From Nitrospirota bacterium (GTDB lineage Bacteria; Nitrospirota; UBA9217), in contig CAVTRN010000001.1 of the NCBI GenBank assembly GCA_963737155.1, positions 448,001 through 512,000 of the forward strand: DNA of 64,000 nt, given 5' to 3'. Below are positions 63,526-64,000 of this stretch, piece after piece. Every line of letters begins with the position of its first letter. Positions within the stretch are counted from its first letter, which is position 1. The notes beneath the pieces were generated by a model that saw nothing but the letters and a program-made list of their open reading frames with translations, ran no database searches and was not told where the DNA came from. The translations under genes were made by a program, and so were the position numbers.

Positions 63526-64000
63526 ATGAAAGACATTATTCTGAAAGCATTCGAGGAAAGCGCTCAGATAAAGGTTAAATTCGCCAGAGAAAATGTCGAC
63601 AAGATCATAGAAGTAGTCCAACTCATAGCCCAGGCATTCCGCGAGGGGAGAAAGGTCATTCTCTTCGGCAACGGCGGAAGCGCTATGGACGCCTCACACA
63701 TCGCAGCAGAATTCGTTAACCGTTTTCTCATGGAGCGGCCCCCGCTTCCCGCCATTGCCCTGAACACCGATGCGGCAGTGCTCACCAGCATCAGCAATGA
63801 TTATGACTTTTCCCAGGTCTATTCCAAGCAGTTGGCCGCCTTGGGCCATGAAGGTGATGTGGCCATCGGCATCAGCACGAGCGGCAACTCGCCTAATGTC
63901 ATCAAAGCTATTCAAACTGCCAAAAAAAATGGCATGAAAACCATAGTCCTCACCGGGGGAACGGGCGGCAAATTGGCCAGTATAGCGGACCTCGTCTTTA
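63526..64000 (+). CDS. gmhA: Phosphoheptose isomerase (runs off window; absent from the ORF track)
   Basis: Own translation: FGNGGSAMDASHIAAEF, ISNDYDF, GISTSGNS.NV, LTGG.GG. Confidence 0.93.
   Translation, partial: MKDIILKAFEESAQIKVKFARENVDKIIEVVQLIAQAFREGRKVILFGNGGSAMDASHIAAEFVNRFLMERPPLPAIALNTDAAVLTSISNDYDFSQVYSKQLAALGHEGDVAIGISTSGNSPNVIKAIQTAKKNGMKTIVLTGGTGGKLASIADLVF

Overview
Bacterial chromosomal window. Gene content (RomR next to valS, STAS gene inside the dcw cluster, GEMM riboswitches) suggests a Nitrospirota/deltaproteobacteria-like organism; this is inference only. From left to right: the end of an integrated element (tyrosine integrase abutting tRNA-Leu(GAG)), ilvE, an orphan IS607 tnpA, uspA, ferritin-like, a frameshifted OYE, aconitase, a mini group IIC intron remnant, galT, coaX-birA-nadC-valS, and RomR plus a Pil-Chp-type chemosensory operon. 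Divergent from that operon are two paralogous Ig-repeat (Big_2) lipoprotein genes, each behind a c-di-GMP-I-fold riboswitch carrying the A20 (cGAMP-type) variant, separated by two nested IS1634 elements. Then come an OmpR/HK pair, msrAB, a second group II intron remnant, a full-length IS607-TnpB element, trmJ, a complete dcw cluster, small genes and the start of gmhA. The most unusual signals are (i) degenerate inverted 7-nt or 9-nt periodic arrays anchored on stop codons at about 8 housekeeping gene junctions, and (ii) the cGAMP-type riboswitch/adhesin/Pil-Chp/RomR locus. No CRISPR array was seen. All calls are from reading the sequence; no searches were run.
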